Of a stretch of DNA of 64,000 bases, positions 7,749 through 17,934 are shown piece by piece. Made by a program: the position numbers and the translations under genes. How positions within the stretch are numbered: position 1 is the stretch's first letter; each line of letters starts with the position of its first letter. Location of the stretch: positions 2,779,182 to 2,843,181 of the forward strand of contig JAXHMP010000001.1 in NCBI GenBank assembly GCA_034521425.1, in the 5' to 3' direction. Under the pieces are notes generated by a model. It was not told where the DNA came from, did no database searches, and was given only the letters and a program-made list of their open reading frames with translations. The stretch comes from Bacteroidota bacterium (lineage in GTDB: Bacteria; Bacteroidota; Bacteroidia; Bacteroidales; JAIOZK01).

Positions 7749-8410
7749 AACATCAGATAAACCTTGCGTTTATGCCCCAAAAAACTGCGCGGGTATTTAA
7801 TGTGCTTGCTCAGCAGTCTTTCATTTCAAAATATACCCTCGTAGGGGGAACAGCCCTGTCTTTGCAAGTCGGACACCGGCTCTCGGAAGACTTGGATTTT
7901 GTGATGGATGAGGAGCAAATCAATGCAAATACCATTAAGCGAAATATTGCAAAGCTGTTCCCCGGTTTCAGGATTATCAGGCAGGACAATGGGTGGCAGA
8001 TTGATTTTGTTGTTGAAGAAGTAAAACTGACGTTTTTTAGTGCAGGTGCCGTTGGGATTAATTTCGATGTACAGAAGCATGCATTTGCTTATCAAAAAAT
8101 GAGGATATGTGATATTGAAACCATTGCCAGCCTGAAGATGGCTACCATAGCACAGCGCAATACCATCAGAGATTATTACGACCTTTATATCATTGTAAAG
8201 AACCATGTGTTTTTAAAGGATATAATTGGCAAAACAAAATCCCTGATGCCGGAATTGTCACCCATTACCTACACCGAAACACTTGTTTATGCCAACGATA
8301 TAGAGGAAGAAAGTATCGCTATGCATTTGTCCCCCGCTGAAATTGTAACAAAAAACCAAATTGCCGACTTTTTCATCAGGGAACTGCGGAAGATAAAAAA
8401 TGAAATATAG
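7745..8410 (+). CDS. Nucleotidyltransferase AbiEii/AbiGii toxin family
   Basis: YTLVGGTALSLQVGHRLSEDLDF motif. 221 aa, intact. Confidence 0.75.
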   Translation: MKHQINLAFMPQKTARVFNVLAQQSFISKYTLVGGTALSLQVGHRLSEDLDFVMDEEQINANTIKRNIAKLFPGFRIIRQDNGWQIDFVVEEVKLTFFSAGAVGINFDVQKHAFAYQKMRICDIETIASLKMATIAQRNTIRDYYDLYIIVKNHVFLKDIIGKTKSLMPELSPITYTETLVYANDIEEESIAMHLSPAEIVTKNQIADFFIRELRKIKNEI

Positions 8411-8536
8411 AACCCCAAATTGACCGCCAGCAGACTGCCCCGATCATTCGGGGAAATCCCGGGAGCGCAGCGATTCGGAACACAAAACACCAAAAAAATT
8501 AGATCAATTAGATTAATTAGATGACAAAAAAATTGG

Positions 8537-8700
8537 ATGGATGATTGGATGGATGGATGTGGTAGAATCATACAATCATACAATCATACAATCCCGTCTC
8601 ACCTCAGGCGAGACGAGGATCCTCGACTAAAAGTCGGGACCATACAACCATACAACCAACCAATCATACAACCATACAACCATACAAACCTTCAATTCGT
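8537..8700. repeat. GGATGGATG STR + CATACAAT STR + double hairpin (second copy of the 111-245 module)
   Basis: cccgtctcacctcaggcgagacgaggatcctcgactaaaagtcgggacc at 8593-8641, flanked by catacaa(t/c)c units. Confidence 0.8.
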
Positions 8701-8810
8701 GACATTTGTGCAATTCCCCGCTTATTGCGAAACAGGCGTGGATAAAAAAATTAGATTAATTAGATGAAAAAAAAAATTAGATGACAAAAAAAATCCGATG
8801 AAAAAAAAAT

Positions 8811-9138
8811 TTAACACCCGCTTAACTTGACAAACCCCCATAAATGAGTAAATTTGTTACTCAATATTGATTGAAAGGGTATGGATAAAGAAGCACAAAT
8901 AACAATCGGTATTACTCAATCTTTATCCAACCTGCTGATACATCATCTTTCAGCAAGCATTGTTAGCCCCCTGTGGGAGTGAGAGGGCGGAGCTGTGATG
9001 TTGGTGCTCAGTGTTTACGACTGCCGAAACTACAAACACTTGTGTTCATTTGTGGATGAAAAAAAAGGAGAGGGGAGAAAGGAGAACAGTTAATCAATGA
9101 ACTGGGTAAGAGCAGTTATGGTAAGTATTTGCAAAAAA
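8811..9138 (+). repeat. ~320-bp conserved promoter + leader, copy 1 (upstream of AlbA_2 ATPase gene)
   Basis: TTG (8827-8829) - 19 nt - TAAATTTG (8849-8856), followed by a conserved untranslated stretch. Copies at 10931-11234 and 14750-14873. Confidence 0.7.
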
Positions 9139-9273
9139 TAATGGACAGGTAGTGAATTAAAAATAAAGTTACACAATATACATTTTGAAACTCGTAGAGG
9201 GCGCCGGCTCCATAGGCCAGATTGTTATAAAATAGAATACCAAATACCAAACACATAACACCAACCATAACCA

Positions 9274-10608
9274 TTGCTTACAGAAAACGCAAATAGTGAA
9301 TTAAAGGAAATCTGGAAGGATGATTATCTGAAGGTAATTGCAGCTTTTGCCAATACCAATGGAGGTGCGCTGTATATAGGAATCAGTAATGATGGTTGTA
9401 TTGTAGGTGTCGATAATTATAAAAAGCTACTAGAAGATATCCCCAACAAAGTTGTTCAATTTTTAGGTATAACGGTTGAACTTGATCTGATTGAAAAGGA
9501 AGGAAAACATATTCTTAAATTAGTTGTTGAACCAAGTTCGGTTCCAATTTCTTATCATGGAAAATATTATATGAGGAGTGGAAGTACGGTCCAGGAACTC
9601 CACGGGCATGAATTACGTGATTTTATTCTGAGGAAGGATAACATCACATGGGATGAAATTACAATTCCATCAGCAAAATTGGGGGAACTTGATGAAAAAC
9701 TGATACGTCGCTTCTTAATAAAAGCCGTCAATGAACAAAGGTTGTATCAGGATGCACTAAACGATGATTTTAAGGGTTCACTCGAAAACCTGGATTTAAT
9801 CAAAAATAATGGACAACTAACACGGGCAGCTATTTTGCTTTTTGGTAAACGACCTAACAAATATATCAGGACTGCAACTGTCAAAATAGGTAGGTTTGGG
9901 AAATCTGATACCGATCTGATTAGCCAGGATGTTATAGATGGTAGTATCTTGGAAATGCCCGATAAAATTATCGATATCCTAAGGACTAAATACTTGCATT
10001 CACCGATTACTTACGAAGGCATTGAGCGCAAGGAGCGACTTGAATATCCGGAAAAGGCAGTTAGAGAAGCTGTATTGAATTCCATTGTGCACAGAGACTA
10101 TACCGAACAAACAGATATTACTATCAGGCTGTACAACGACAGAATCGTCTTTTGGAATAGTGGAATACTGATTGCTCCTTTGAGTGTTGAAATGTTAAAA
10201 CAAAAACATCCCTCAAAAAGAAGAAATCCACTTATTGCTGGAATTTTTTTCAGAATTGGTTATATTGAAGCATGGGGAAGGGGAATTCAGTTAATAACAG
10301 AAGAAATGAATAATGCAGGTATGCCAGATCCGATTATTGAAGAATACGCTGGAGGATTTCAAATGACATTTCTCAATGGAGATTCTAATGGTGTGGAGAA
10401 AAGTGTGGAGAAAAGTGTGGAGAAAAGTGTGGAGAAAATAGTTGCTTTAATTAAGAACAATCCAAATATTACACAAAAAGTGTTGGCCAATCAAACAGGA
10501 CTATCAAGACGTGGCGTAGAAAAAAATATTAGCATTTTGAAAAAGAAGGGAATAATCAAACGCATTGGCCCCGCAAAAGGAGGGCATTGGGAGGTAATTG
10601 ATGAATGA
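9274..10608 (+). CDS. AlbA_2 (Schlafen-like) DNA-binding + HATPase_c_4-like + C-terminal wHTH protein (often mis-annotated 'RecG-like')
   Basis: 444-aa intact ORF (TTG start). N-terminal ELKEIW..VIAAFANTNGGALYIGI, central ..AVLNSIVHRDY.., C-terminal wHTH ..TGLSRRGVEKNISILKKKGIIKRIGPAKGGHWEV. Has an internal VEKS x3 tandem linker. Confidence 0.75.
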   Translation: MLTENANSELKEIWKDDYLKVIAAFANTNGGALYIGISNDGCIVGVDNYKKLLEDIPNKVVQFLGITVELDLIEKEGKHILKLVVEPSSVPISYHGKYYMRSGSTVQELHGHELRDFILRKDNITWDEITIPSAKLGELDEKLIRRFLIKAVNEQRLYQDALNDDFKGSLENLDLIKNNGQLTRAAILLFGKRPNKYIRTATVKIGRFGKSDTDLISQDVIDGSILEMPDKIIDILRTKYLHSPITYEGIERKERLEYPEKAVREAVLNSIVHRDYTEQTDITIRLYNDRIVFWNSGILIAPLSVEMLKQKHPSKRRNPLIAGIFFRIGYIEAWGRGIQLITEEMNNAGMPDPIIEEYAGGFQMTFLNGDSNGVEKSVEKSVEKSVEKIVALIKNNPNITQKVLANQTGLSRRGVEKNISILKKKGIIKRIGPAKGGHWEVIDE

Positions 10609-10930
10609 AAGCATAAATAGCAAGGTTGTGGGTCCAAAAGTTACACAGTGTACCACAACTTGTCCCGCCCTGGCGGGAGAGTACAGCACAGAGTAAAACC
10701 AAACACTGTGAAACTCTGTGAAAAACACCGTGTAACTCTCCCGACAATACGGGACAAGTTGTGCAACTAAAACACTGTGAAACTAAAAACAACAAACACC
10801 CCCTTGAAATATGCTTTTTCCACGAATTTCAGGAGGGAGACCCAACACCAAACAACAACCAAATTAGATCAATTAGATTAATTAGATGACAAAAAAAATT
10901 AGTTGAAAAAAAATCCGATGAAAAAAAAAT

Positions 10931-11234
10931 TTAACACCCGCTTAACTTGACAAACCCACATAAATGAGTAAATTTGTTACTCAATATTGATTGAAAGGGT
11001 ATGGATAAAGAAGCACAAATAACAATCGGTATTACTCAATATTGATTAAAAGTTTATGTTAGCCCCCTGTGGGAGTGAGAGGGCGGAGCTGTGATGATGG
11101 TGCTCAGTGTTTACGACTGCCGAAACTACAAACACTTGTGTTCATTTGTGGATGAAAAAAAAGGAGAGGGGAGAAAGGAGAACAGTTAATCAATGAACTG
11201 GGTAAGAGCAGTTATGGTAAGTATTTGCAAAAAG
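10931..11234 (+). repeat. Conserved promoter + leader, copy 2
   Basis: TTG 10947-10949 and TAAATTTG 10969-10976. Homologous to 8811-9138 with an internal deletion. Confidence 0.7.
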
Positions 11235-11337
11235 TAATCATAAGCTAAGCCAACTATATCTGATGAACTGTCAAATAGCACCCCCTAAACCCAAACTCTA
11301 AACATTTATAAAATCAACTGAATATCAAAAATTCAGA

Positions 11338-12037
11338 ATGCCAACCAACTCCACAAAAAGTATTAACAAGCTTAAATCTCAAATTCAGGACATTGCTCAT
11401 AATTGTGATCCTTCAATTTTAATTGATCTTACAGAAATGGATTCTTTATTGGCAATTGAAATTCCTGAAGGTAAAAACAAGCCTTATTCCTGTTCAACAG
11501 GTTTTTATATGCGTATGGGAGCTAATTTCCAAAAAATGAAAAGGAATGAAATATTGTCGCTTGCTATTAAATCAGGAAAAGTTAGGTTTGACGAACAAAG
11601 GTGAATTACTTTTTCCGAAAAGTGAGTTTGGCAAAAAGAGCGAAGCCAGAAATCGTTTATTGGTTGATTTACTTGCAAGAACGGATTTTATGGAAAAAGC
11701 AGGAACAGGAATTAAGCGGGTTACCAATGCGTGTATTGAAAATGGCAATGAGGTTAGTTTCGAATTCTCCGATTCTTTTTGGGTAACAATGTATTCAAGT
11801 CAGCATGTTACTGAAAATGTTACTGAAGATGTTACCAAAAATGTTACCGAAAGCAGATTGACGCTGATCATGAACGAGATGAAATTGAATCCGAAGATTT
11901 CTTACAACCAGCTTAGTAAAATTCTGAATGTAGCCCGGATGACAGTTTTTCGCGATATTGAAAGACTGAAAGAAGATGGTAGGATTAAACGCATCGGCCC
12001 CGCCAAAGGCGGCCACTGGGAAATCATTCAAGAATAA
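11338..12037 (+). pseudogene. Truncated/frameshifted paralogue of the AlbA_2-ATPase-wHTH gene
   Basis: Retains the ..KPYSCSTGFYMRMGAN.. and ..MEKAGTGIKRV.. segments and the wHTH tail (RIKRIGPAKGGHWEI). Large internal deletions and one frameshift near 11600. Confidence 0.7.
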
Positions 12038-12290
12038 CGGTCTACCTTATTCAGGCATTGTCAACTCCAAACCGAGAACACAGAACACAAAACACAGAAT
12101 ACCCCGTTGAAATATGCTCGTACCTTTATCCCGTGAAATTTTAATATTTTATTTCACTGGGATCGCATTTCACGGTTTACCCTGTGAAATCTTTTTAAAA
12201 TAATTTCAACAGGGGGTAAACAACAAACACCCCGTTGAAATATGCTCGTGCCTCGCATTTCACGGGGTAAACCAAACAACAAACAACAAA

Positions 12291-12400
12291 CATTTACCCT
12301 GTTTACCCCGCCTGTCCCATGAAACCTCATCTCACTGGATTGATCTCTTCACAATCAACCGGGTGGAATCACGAAGTGAATATTCCATCAGGGACAAACA
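12291..12400. repeat. ~115-125-bp structured repeat, copy a
   Basis: catttaccctgtttaccccgcctgtccc(g/a)tgaaac..gtttcactggg..ggaatcacgaagtgaatattccatcagggacaaac. Nested stems: gtccc/gggac, gtgaaac/gtttcac, ggaat/attcc. Confidence 0.8.
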
Positions 12401-12417
12401 ACAAACAAAAGAAACCA

Positions 12418-13551
12418 TTGCAACAAAACCCATTCAAATTCGGTAGCGTAGTAGGAGGAGAGTACTTCTACAATCGTGAGAAAGAGTTGCTAAGGATTAA
12501 GCAAACCCTTTCAGGAGGAAACGATATTACATTATATGCTCCCCGGAGATATGGTAAGTCCTCTCTGGTTAAAAAAGCACTGGATGAACTGCAGAAAGAA
12601 GGCTTTATTACGGTTTATGTTGATTTCATGAGTATTTATTCAAGAGAAACCTTTATTAAAAACTACTCCTCTGCAATAGCAAAAAATGAGCCTGCATCAT
12701 TGGAAAAGACAGTCAGCAAGCTTGCGGGGCTTATTTCAGGTATTGTTCCTTCGGTTAGTTTTGACAGTGCGGGCGTGCCATCATTTTCGTTTTCCTGGGT
12801 TGAAGGACAAAACAAAGAACAAACCCTGAATGACGTAATCGACTTGCCAAAAAAACTTTCCACCGAGAAGAAAAAATGGATTGTGGCTTTTGATGAATTT
12901 CAAGAGGTAGTGAAGCTGAATGGTGATAATTTTGAAAAAGTTGCTCAGAAGCTGCATTCAACATCATAACAATGTTTCCTATCTTTTTTTGGGAAGCAAA
13001 ACTCATCTGTTGAAGGATATGTTTAACAATAAAAACAGGGCTTTTTATCATTCGGCATCCATGATGGTGATCGGGAAGATCGACCAGAAGCAGATCACAG
13101 ACCTGGTTGAAATCCAGATTTACCGCCTCAGGAATTAAAATCAGGGATGAGGTTGCTGTACAAATCCTTGAAACAGCTGAGAATATACCCTATTTTATAC
13201 AATTCATCGCACACGAGATATGGCAGTCGGCTGTTCTTAATCAACAAACAGGAAATACAAGCTCAGCATGTATCCGAAGCAGTTGATAACATTCTTGTAC
13301 TCAAAGCGGATTATTACTGGGAGTTGATCAATAAGCAAACCGCTTACCGGAAAAAAGTACTGCATACCCTCTCACAAGTAAAGCGTGGTCTTTTCTCGGA
13401 TGAGATTGCCAGAAAATATAATCTGGGTGCAGCATCAAGCACACAAAAGGCCCTCGATAGTTTCATTGAAGAAGGAATCATTGAACGAAACAATGCAGTA
13501 TACGAATTTTCAGATCCTTTCTTCAAAAAGTTTATTCAGAACAATATTTGA
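12418..13551 (+). pseudogene. AAA ATPase (archaeal-ATPase/PF01637-like), two frameshifts
   Basis: NPFKFGSVVGGEYFYNREKEL...LYAPRRYGKSSLV (Walker A), ..WIVAFDEFQEV (Walker B). Frame breaks near 12965 and 13140. The ORF-track start at 12319 reads through the upstream repeat. Confidence 0.7.
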
Positions 13552-13676
13552 TTACGCCCACAAGCGTAACTCCGGGAGGCGTAGTAGGTGTTTGGTACTT
13601 CGGCATGAGCCCTTCAGGCTTGCCCAGCCTTCCGGCAAGCTCAGGACAGGCCTGTCGAATGGCTCGAGTATAAATT

Positions 13677-13732
13677 GTTCGGTGTTCGGTGTTCGGTGTT
13701 CGGTGTTCGGTGTTCGGTGTTCAGTGTTCGGT
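13677..13732. repeat. GTGTTCG heptamer STR
   Basis: About 8 tandem units. The same heptamer occurs at 15743-15838 and 17690-17740, and as its complement (CGAACAC/CAAACAC) at 7490-7513 and 14885-14920. Confidence 0.9.
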
Positions 13733-13794
13733 GCAGCATAACACAAAACAACAAAAACTGTAATTTTACCTAAGTATTAGCAAAAGGCGAAATC

Positions 13795-14199
13795 ATGCGA
13801 TTGAGCTCTCAAAAAATTCAATTCATTAAAAACGGTCTTAAAAACCTGGCACCCGAATCTGAAGTTTACATTTTTGGTTCCAGGGCAGATGATCAAGCCA
13901 AAGGGGAGATATCGACATATTGTGGCTGACAAAAGAAAAGATACCACAACAAAATACCAGAAAATTTAAAGTTGAGTTTTACAAGAATTTCGGATGGCAA
14001 AAAATAGATATCGTAAACTTCACTTTTAAGCAGGAAAACACTTTCAAAGATATAGCCTTAAGCCAGGCAGTGGAATTATGAATACATCCCTGAAGCTATA
14101 CAGGAGCTTGTCCCGGATGTTATAATGCTAACGGAAAGACTCGAAGAAAATATCAATACATGCCGTGAATTCCTGTTGGCTCGCAACTGGATAAATTAA
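13795..14199 (+). pseudogene. MNT nucleotidyltransferase + HEPN-like cassette, deletion derivative of the 23003-23898 cassette
   Basis: MNT ..VYIFGSRADDQAKG(fs)DIDILWL.. has a G4-versus-G5 frameshift. The second gene is reduced to ATGAATACA|TCCCTGAAGC..ARNWIN*, an internal deletion relative to 23443-23898. Confidence 0.7.
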
Positions 14200-14220
14200 T
14201 TGTTTGGTACTTCGGCAAAA

Positions 14221-14340
14221 CATTTACCCTGTTTACCCCGCCTGTCCCGCTGAAACCCTCTTCTCGTTTCACTGGGATTGATTCTCTTCACAATCAACCG
14301 GGGTGGAATCACGAAGTGAATATTCCATCAGGGACAAACA
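14221..14340. repeat. Structured ~120-bp repeat, copy b
   Basis: Same element as 12291-12400. Confidence 0.8.
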
Positions 14341-14354
14341 ACAAACAATAACCA

Positions 14355-14750
14355 AATTAGATCAATTCGATTAATTCGATGATAAAAATTAGATGACAAA
14401 AAAATCATCCGATGATCCATCATCTAATCTATCGAATTAAACGAATTAAAATTTGCTGATAATCCATGAGCCTTACCATTGACAGGATCCGCAGCAATAA
14501 CAAAAAGACCAAAGAACCTGGCAGCAAAAAATTAGATCAATTAGATTAATTCGATAATAAAAAAATAAATGACAAAAAAATCATCCAATGATCATCATCT
14601 AATTTATCGAATTAAACGAATTAAAATTTATAATAATCCATGAGCCTGACAATTGACAAGAACCAAAGCAATACGGACAAAAACCAGCCAGCAAAAAAGT
14701 AGATCAATTAGATTAATTAGATGACAAAAAAATTAGTTGACAAAAAAAAT
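14355..14750. repeat. Tandem ~170-bp units built on the 'aattagatcaattagattaattcgat..atcgaattaaacg' block
   Basis: Units at 14355-14529, 14530-14697 and a partial one at 14698-14750. Single copies of the block occur at about 3412, 4612, 5340, 6428, 8493, 8750, 10862, 16493, 17231 and 24347. Confidence 0.8.
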
Positions 14751-14873
14751 TAACAACCGCTTAACTTGACAAACCCGCATAAATGAGTAAATTTGCTACT
14801 CAATATTTGATTAAAAGTATATGTTAGCCCCCTGTGGAGTGAGCGGGCGGAGCTGTGATGTTGGTGCTCAGTG
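14750..14873 (+). repeat. Conserved promoter + leader, copy 3 (orphan, truncated)
   Basis: TTG 14766-14768 and TAAATTTG 14788-14795. Homology to 8811-9138 ends at ..ggtgctcagtgt. No AlbA_2 gene follows. Confidence 0.65.
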
Positions 14874-15013
14874 TAAGGCACAAACCCTGAACACCAAACA
14901 CCAAACACCGAACACCAAACAATTTATCCTGAGCCTGCCGAAGGGCTCATGACAGGCTCATGCCGAAGAAAAAAGAATCTGACTTATCCCTTAACTAGTA
15001 TTAATTTTAACCC

Positions 15014-15276
15014 ATGCGCCTTACAGAAGAAGAAAAAAATATCATTAAAAACACCATCGCTAATTTTATCGGAGCCCAGGTGCGCTTGTTCGGATCCAGA
15101 ACGAAGGACTAGGCCCGGGCGCAGACATTGACCTGTTGATCATCAGCAAATATTTAAAATACAAAGACAAACTGCTGATCAGGGCGGCATTGAAGGCTTG
15201 GAAATCAAAATTGATATTATCATTACCACAAAACCCGATACTGCCTTTACACGGCATGCCTATAAACAAAGCCTGA
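15014..15276 (+). pseudogene. MNT-type nucleotidyltransferase, decayed
   Basis: MRLTEEEKNIIKNTIANFIGAQVRLFGSR.. followed by multiple frameshifts. Confidence 0.6.
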
Positions 15277-15280
15277 TTTT

Positions 15281-15732
15281 ATGAGTCACAGGGATCACAT
15301 CGAAATCCTGCAAGAACACACAGAATCATTGCAAAATGCGCTTAAAAAAATGGTTGAAGCGATCATTGGAGATTTGTAAACAGCATCCCATTGACAACCT
15401 CAGTCCGGAGCAATGGATGCATACGAAGGCTTAACGAGTCGTTTTGCACGTGTATGCGATATCCTTTTTAGCAAGCTCTTCCGAACTATCTTCTTCTTAG
15501 AGCAAGGGGAAGCAGGAACATGGCTAGATGTGCTTCTGTTTATGGAAGAAAATGTCATTGACAATACGAAAGAGGCAAGGCTTCTCAAAGAACTCAGAAA
15601 TGACATTGTGCATGAGTATGCTGAACTATGAACATAATTTTCAGGGAAGTGATGGATCAAGCCCTTTTTGCTCCAATACGCAAAGGAAGCACTTCTCAAA
15701 GTTCAGAACTAAACGAAAAATTGAAAAGTTAA
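15281..15732 (+). pseudogene. HEPN-like partner of MNT, decayed
   Basis: ..AYEGLTSRFARVCDILFSKLFRTIF..RNDIVHEY (R-x4-H HEPN motif). Related to 23443-23898. Frameshifts near 15400 and 15630. Confidence 0.6.
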
Positions 15733-15742
15733 GTTACGGATT

Positions 15743-15838
15743 GTTCGGTGTTCGGTGTTCGGTGTTCGGTGTTGTGTTCGGTGTTCGGTGTTCGGTGTTC
15801 GGTGTTCGGTGTTCGGTGTTCGGTGTTAGTGCTCGGTG
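15743..15838. repeat. GTGTTCG heptamer STR
   Basis: About 13 units. Confidence 0.9.
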
Positions 15839-15872
15839 CAGCATAACACAAAACAACAAACAATTCACTATC

Positions 15873-15903
15873 TTTGAAATAAAGCTTATGCCAATTAACT
15901 TTG
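15873..15903 (+). promoter_or_regulatory. Bacteroidetes-type promoter (TTTG - 19 nt - TAACTTTG)
   Basis: TTTG 15873-15876 and TAACTTTG 15896-15903, 17 nt upstream of the ATG at 15920. Confidence 0.5.
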
Positions 15904-15919
15904 ATTAAAAACAAGGACA

Positions 15920-16141
15920 ATGAACAAAAAAGATGAAATACTTAAAGAGTTGTTGATGTTGAGTCCACAAGAAAAAGCTTTAATTATTGAAGAGCTATTG
16001 AAGAACCTCGATGAGCCTGATGCGGAGATTGATAAGTTGTGGAAACAAGAATCTGAGGCCAGAATTGATGCTTATGAAAAGGGGCAATTAAAATCTGTGT
16101 CAGCAGCTGAAGTTTTTTCAAAATATAAGAAGACCCGTTAA
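15920..16141 (+). CDS. Addiction-module antidote component (TIGR02574-like)
   Basis: ..LSPQEKALIIEELLKNLDEPDAEIDKLWKQESEARIDAYEKGQ.. is the classic family pattern. Confidence 0.7.
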   Translation: MNKKDEILKELLMLSPQEKALIIEELLKNLDEPDAEIDKLWKQESEARIDAYEKGQLKSVSAAEVFSKYKKTR

Positions 16142-16269
16142 TGAATGTCAGGTTTTTAAAAACTGCGCAGATAGAACTTGATGCAACTTTTTATTATTAT
16201 AATGAAATATTGATCATTGCAATAGCACATTTGCATCGAAAGCCCGGCTATTGGAAGAACAGAATATGA
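16141..16269 (+). pseudogene. RelE/ParE-type toxin remnant (internal deletion)
   Basis: MNVRFLKTAQIELDATFYYYNE|ILIIAIAHLHRKPGYWKNR*. N- and C-terminal ends are fused, leaving about 42 aa instead of about 100. Confidence 0.55.
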
Positions 16270-16343
16270 TTTCATTGCTCCTTGTTTTGTGTTCAGTGTT
16301 TCGTGTTCATAGTTAAGTGTTCAATGTAAGACTAAACAACAAA

Positions 16344-16466
16344 CATTTACCCGTGTTTACCCTGCCTGTCCCGTGAAACCTCTTCTTGTTTCACTGGGAT
16401 TGATTCTCTTCCCAAATCAGACCGGGGCTGGAATCTCCAGAAGTGAATATTCCATCAGGGACAAAC
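16344..16466. repeat. Structured ~120-bp repeat, copy c
   Basis: Same element as 12291-12400. A 46-bp deletion variant lies at 17161-17206. Confidence 0.8.
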
Positions 16467-16716
16467 AACAAACAACAAACAAAAAACAAATTAGATCAAT
16501 TAGATTAATTCGATGACTAAAATTATCCGATGATCATCATCAAATTTATCGAATTAAACGCCGTGCCTGCCGGCAGGCAGGAATTAATTGCCGCATCCAT
16601 CGTAATGAAATGAAGATAAGTAATTATCGTTAAACTTGTGAAGTACAGAGCAATAAATCAATGCATACGAAAGTTTTGTATCTTTGATACTACAATAGTT
16701 TAGGACTGAAAAAAAA

Positions 16717-16967
16717 ATGAGTTACCGAATAACTTTAGAAATACCGGATAAAGCTTTTTCCATTTTGCGTAATAGGCCCGATAAATTTGCAAGAGAATTA
16801 TTGGAGGCTGCCTTGTGTAAGTGGTATGAACAGGGTAAAATCTCTCAGTCAAAAGCAGCCGAAATAGCCGAATATCCAGGGACGAATTCCTTGAGATATT
16901 AAAAAAGCATGACGTAAATCCTTTTCAGTACACACCTTCCGACCTGGATGCAGAGATTAAACTTTAA
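16717..16967 (+). pseudogene. UPF0175 antitoxin-like gene, frameshifted duplicate of 6932-7183
   Basis: Near-identical N-terminus (MSYRITLEIPDKAFSILRNRPDKFARELLEAALCKWYEQGKISQSKAAEIAE). Frameshift near 16875. Confidence 0.7.
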
Positions 16968-16973
16968 CAAGGC

Positions 16974-17101
16974 ATGAAAATCATAGGCTAAATTAATCAA
17001 TGACGCAACTGCCCCACTTACCAGGCTTCGCGAAAGGATTCAGAATAGATGATGCTTTATTTCAGCACGCTTTAAAAATAGCACATAACAACTTACACTG
17101 A
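16974..17101 (+). pseudogene. DUF3368 remnant (larger deletion than 7190-7489)
   Basis: ATGAAAATCATA|GGCTAAATTAATCAATGACGC.. joins the start of the gene directly to its last ~100 bp. Confidence 0.6.
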
Positions 17102-17282
17102 ACACCAAACCCCGATGAGCTACGAATCGGGACACAAAACAACAAACACCAAACACCAAACATTTACCCTGTGGAATCACGAAGTGAATATTCCATCAGG
17201 GACAAACACAAAACAACAAACAACAAACAAATTAGATCAATTAGATTAATTCGATGACAAAAAAAATCATCCGATGATCAAA

Positions 17283-17411
17283 ATGAAATATAAGTACTCA
17301 TCACACAGCCTTGAGCAACTGCAAAGAAGACAGATAAGCAAAAAAAATGTCGATGAGGTACTTAATAATCCCGATCAGATAAAAGTTATTGAGAAATGTA
17401 CAAAAGATTGA
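17283..17411 (+). pseudogene. DUF4258-like toxin fragment
   Basis: MKYKYSSHSLEQLQRRQISKKNVDEVLNNPDQI.. is truncated at 42 aa. The family call is tentative. Confidence 0.35.
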
Positions 17412-17414
17412 GAG

Positions 17415-17602
17415 ATGAAGATAAAATACGATAAAGAATCGGATATTGTATATATCAAATTCTCCAACAGCGAAATAATCGAAAGTGACGAAAACAAACC
17501 CGGTATCATCATCCATTACTAAGAAGAGGGAATATTACAGGTATTGAAGTATTAAACGCTTCCTCAAAAATGTTACAACCGGATAGTATCATCTACGAAT
17601 AA
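17415..17602 (+). pseudogene. DUF2283-like small protein, frameshifted
   Basis: MKIKYDKESDIVYIKFSNSEIIESDE.. followed after a frameshift by ..GNITGIEVLNASSKM. Confidence 0.45.
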
Positions 17603-17852
17603 GTAGAGTCATTGGCCGTGTTTCATCATCGATCATCGCCTTGCCTGCCGGCAGGCAGGAGGTAATGTTTCGTGTTCCAGTGTTCGGGTGTTTTCATGTT
17701 CAGTGTTTCGTGTTTCGTGTTCGGTGTTCGGTGTTCGGAGCAGCATAACACAAAACAACAAACAACAAACAACAAACAATTTATACTGAGCTTGCCGAAG
17801 TACCAAACACAAAACAGAAATAACATTTGAGTAATTTGAGGACAAAAAATCA

Positions 17853-17934
17853 GTGGACAAAAAACTATAGTCCTTTTGCCAAATAGACTAAAATATTTGG
17901 AATGGACAGACCGATACGATATATTTCCTGTTTT
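17853..17934. repeat. Left copy of ~80-bp direct repeat flanking the IS (long target duplication)
   Basis: gtggacaaaaaactatagtccttttgccaaatagactaaaatatttggaatg.. matches 19561-19643, including a degenerate copy of the darT start. Confidence 0.8.

Noticed and set aside
12319-12417. N-terminal 33 codons of the ORF-track model for the AAA ATPase
   Set aside because: This stretch is the 120-bp structured repeat plus AACAAAC STR read in frame. The family-typical N-terminus (..NPFKFGSVV..) starts at the in-frame TTG at 12418.
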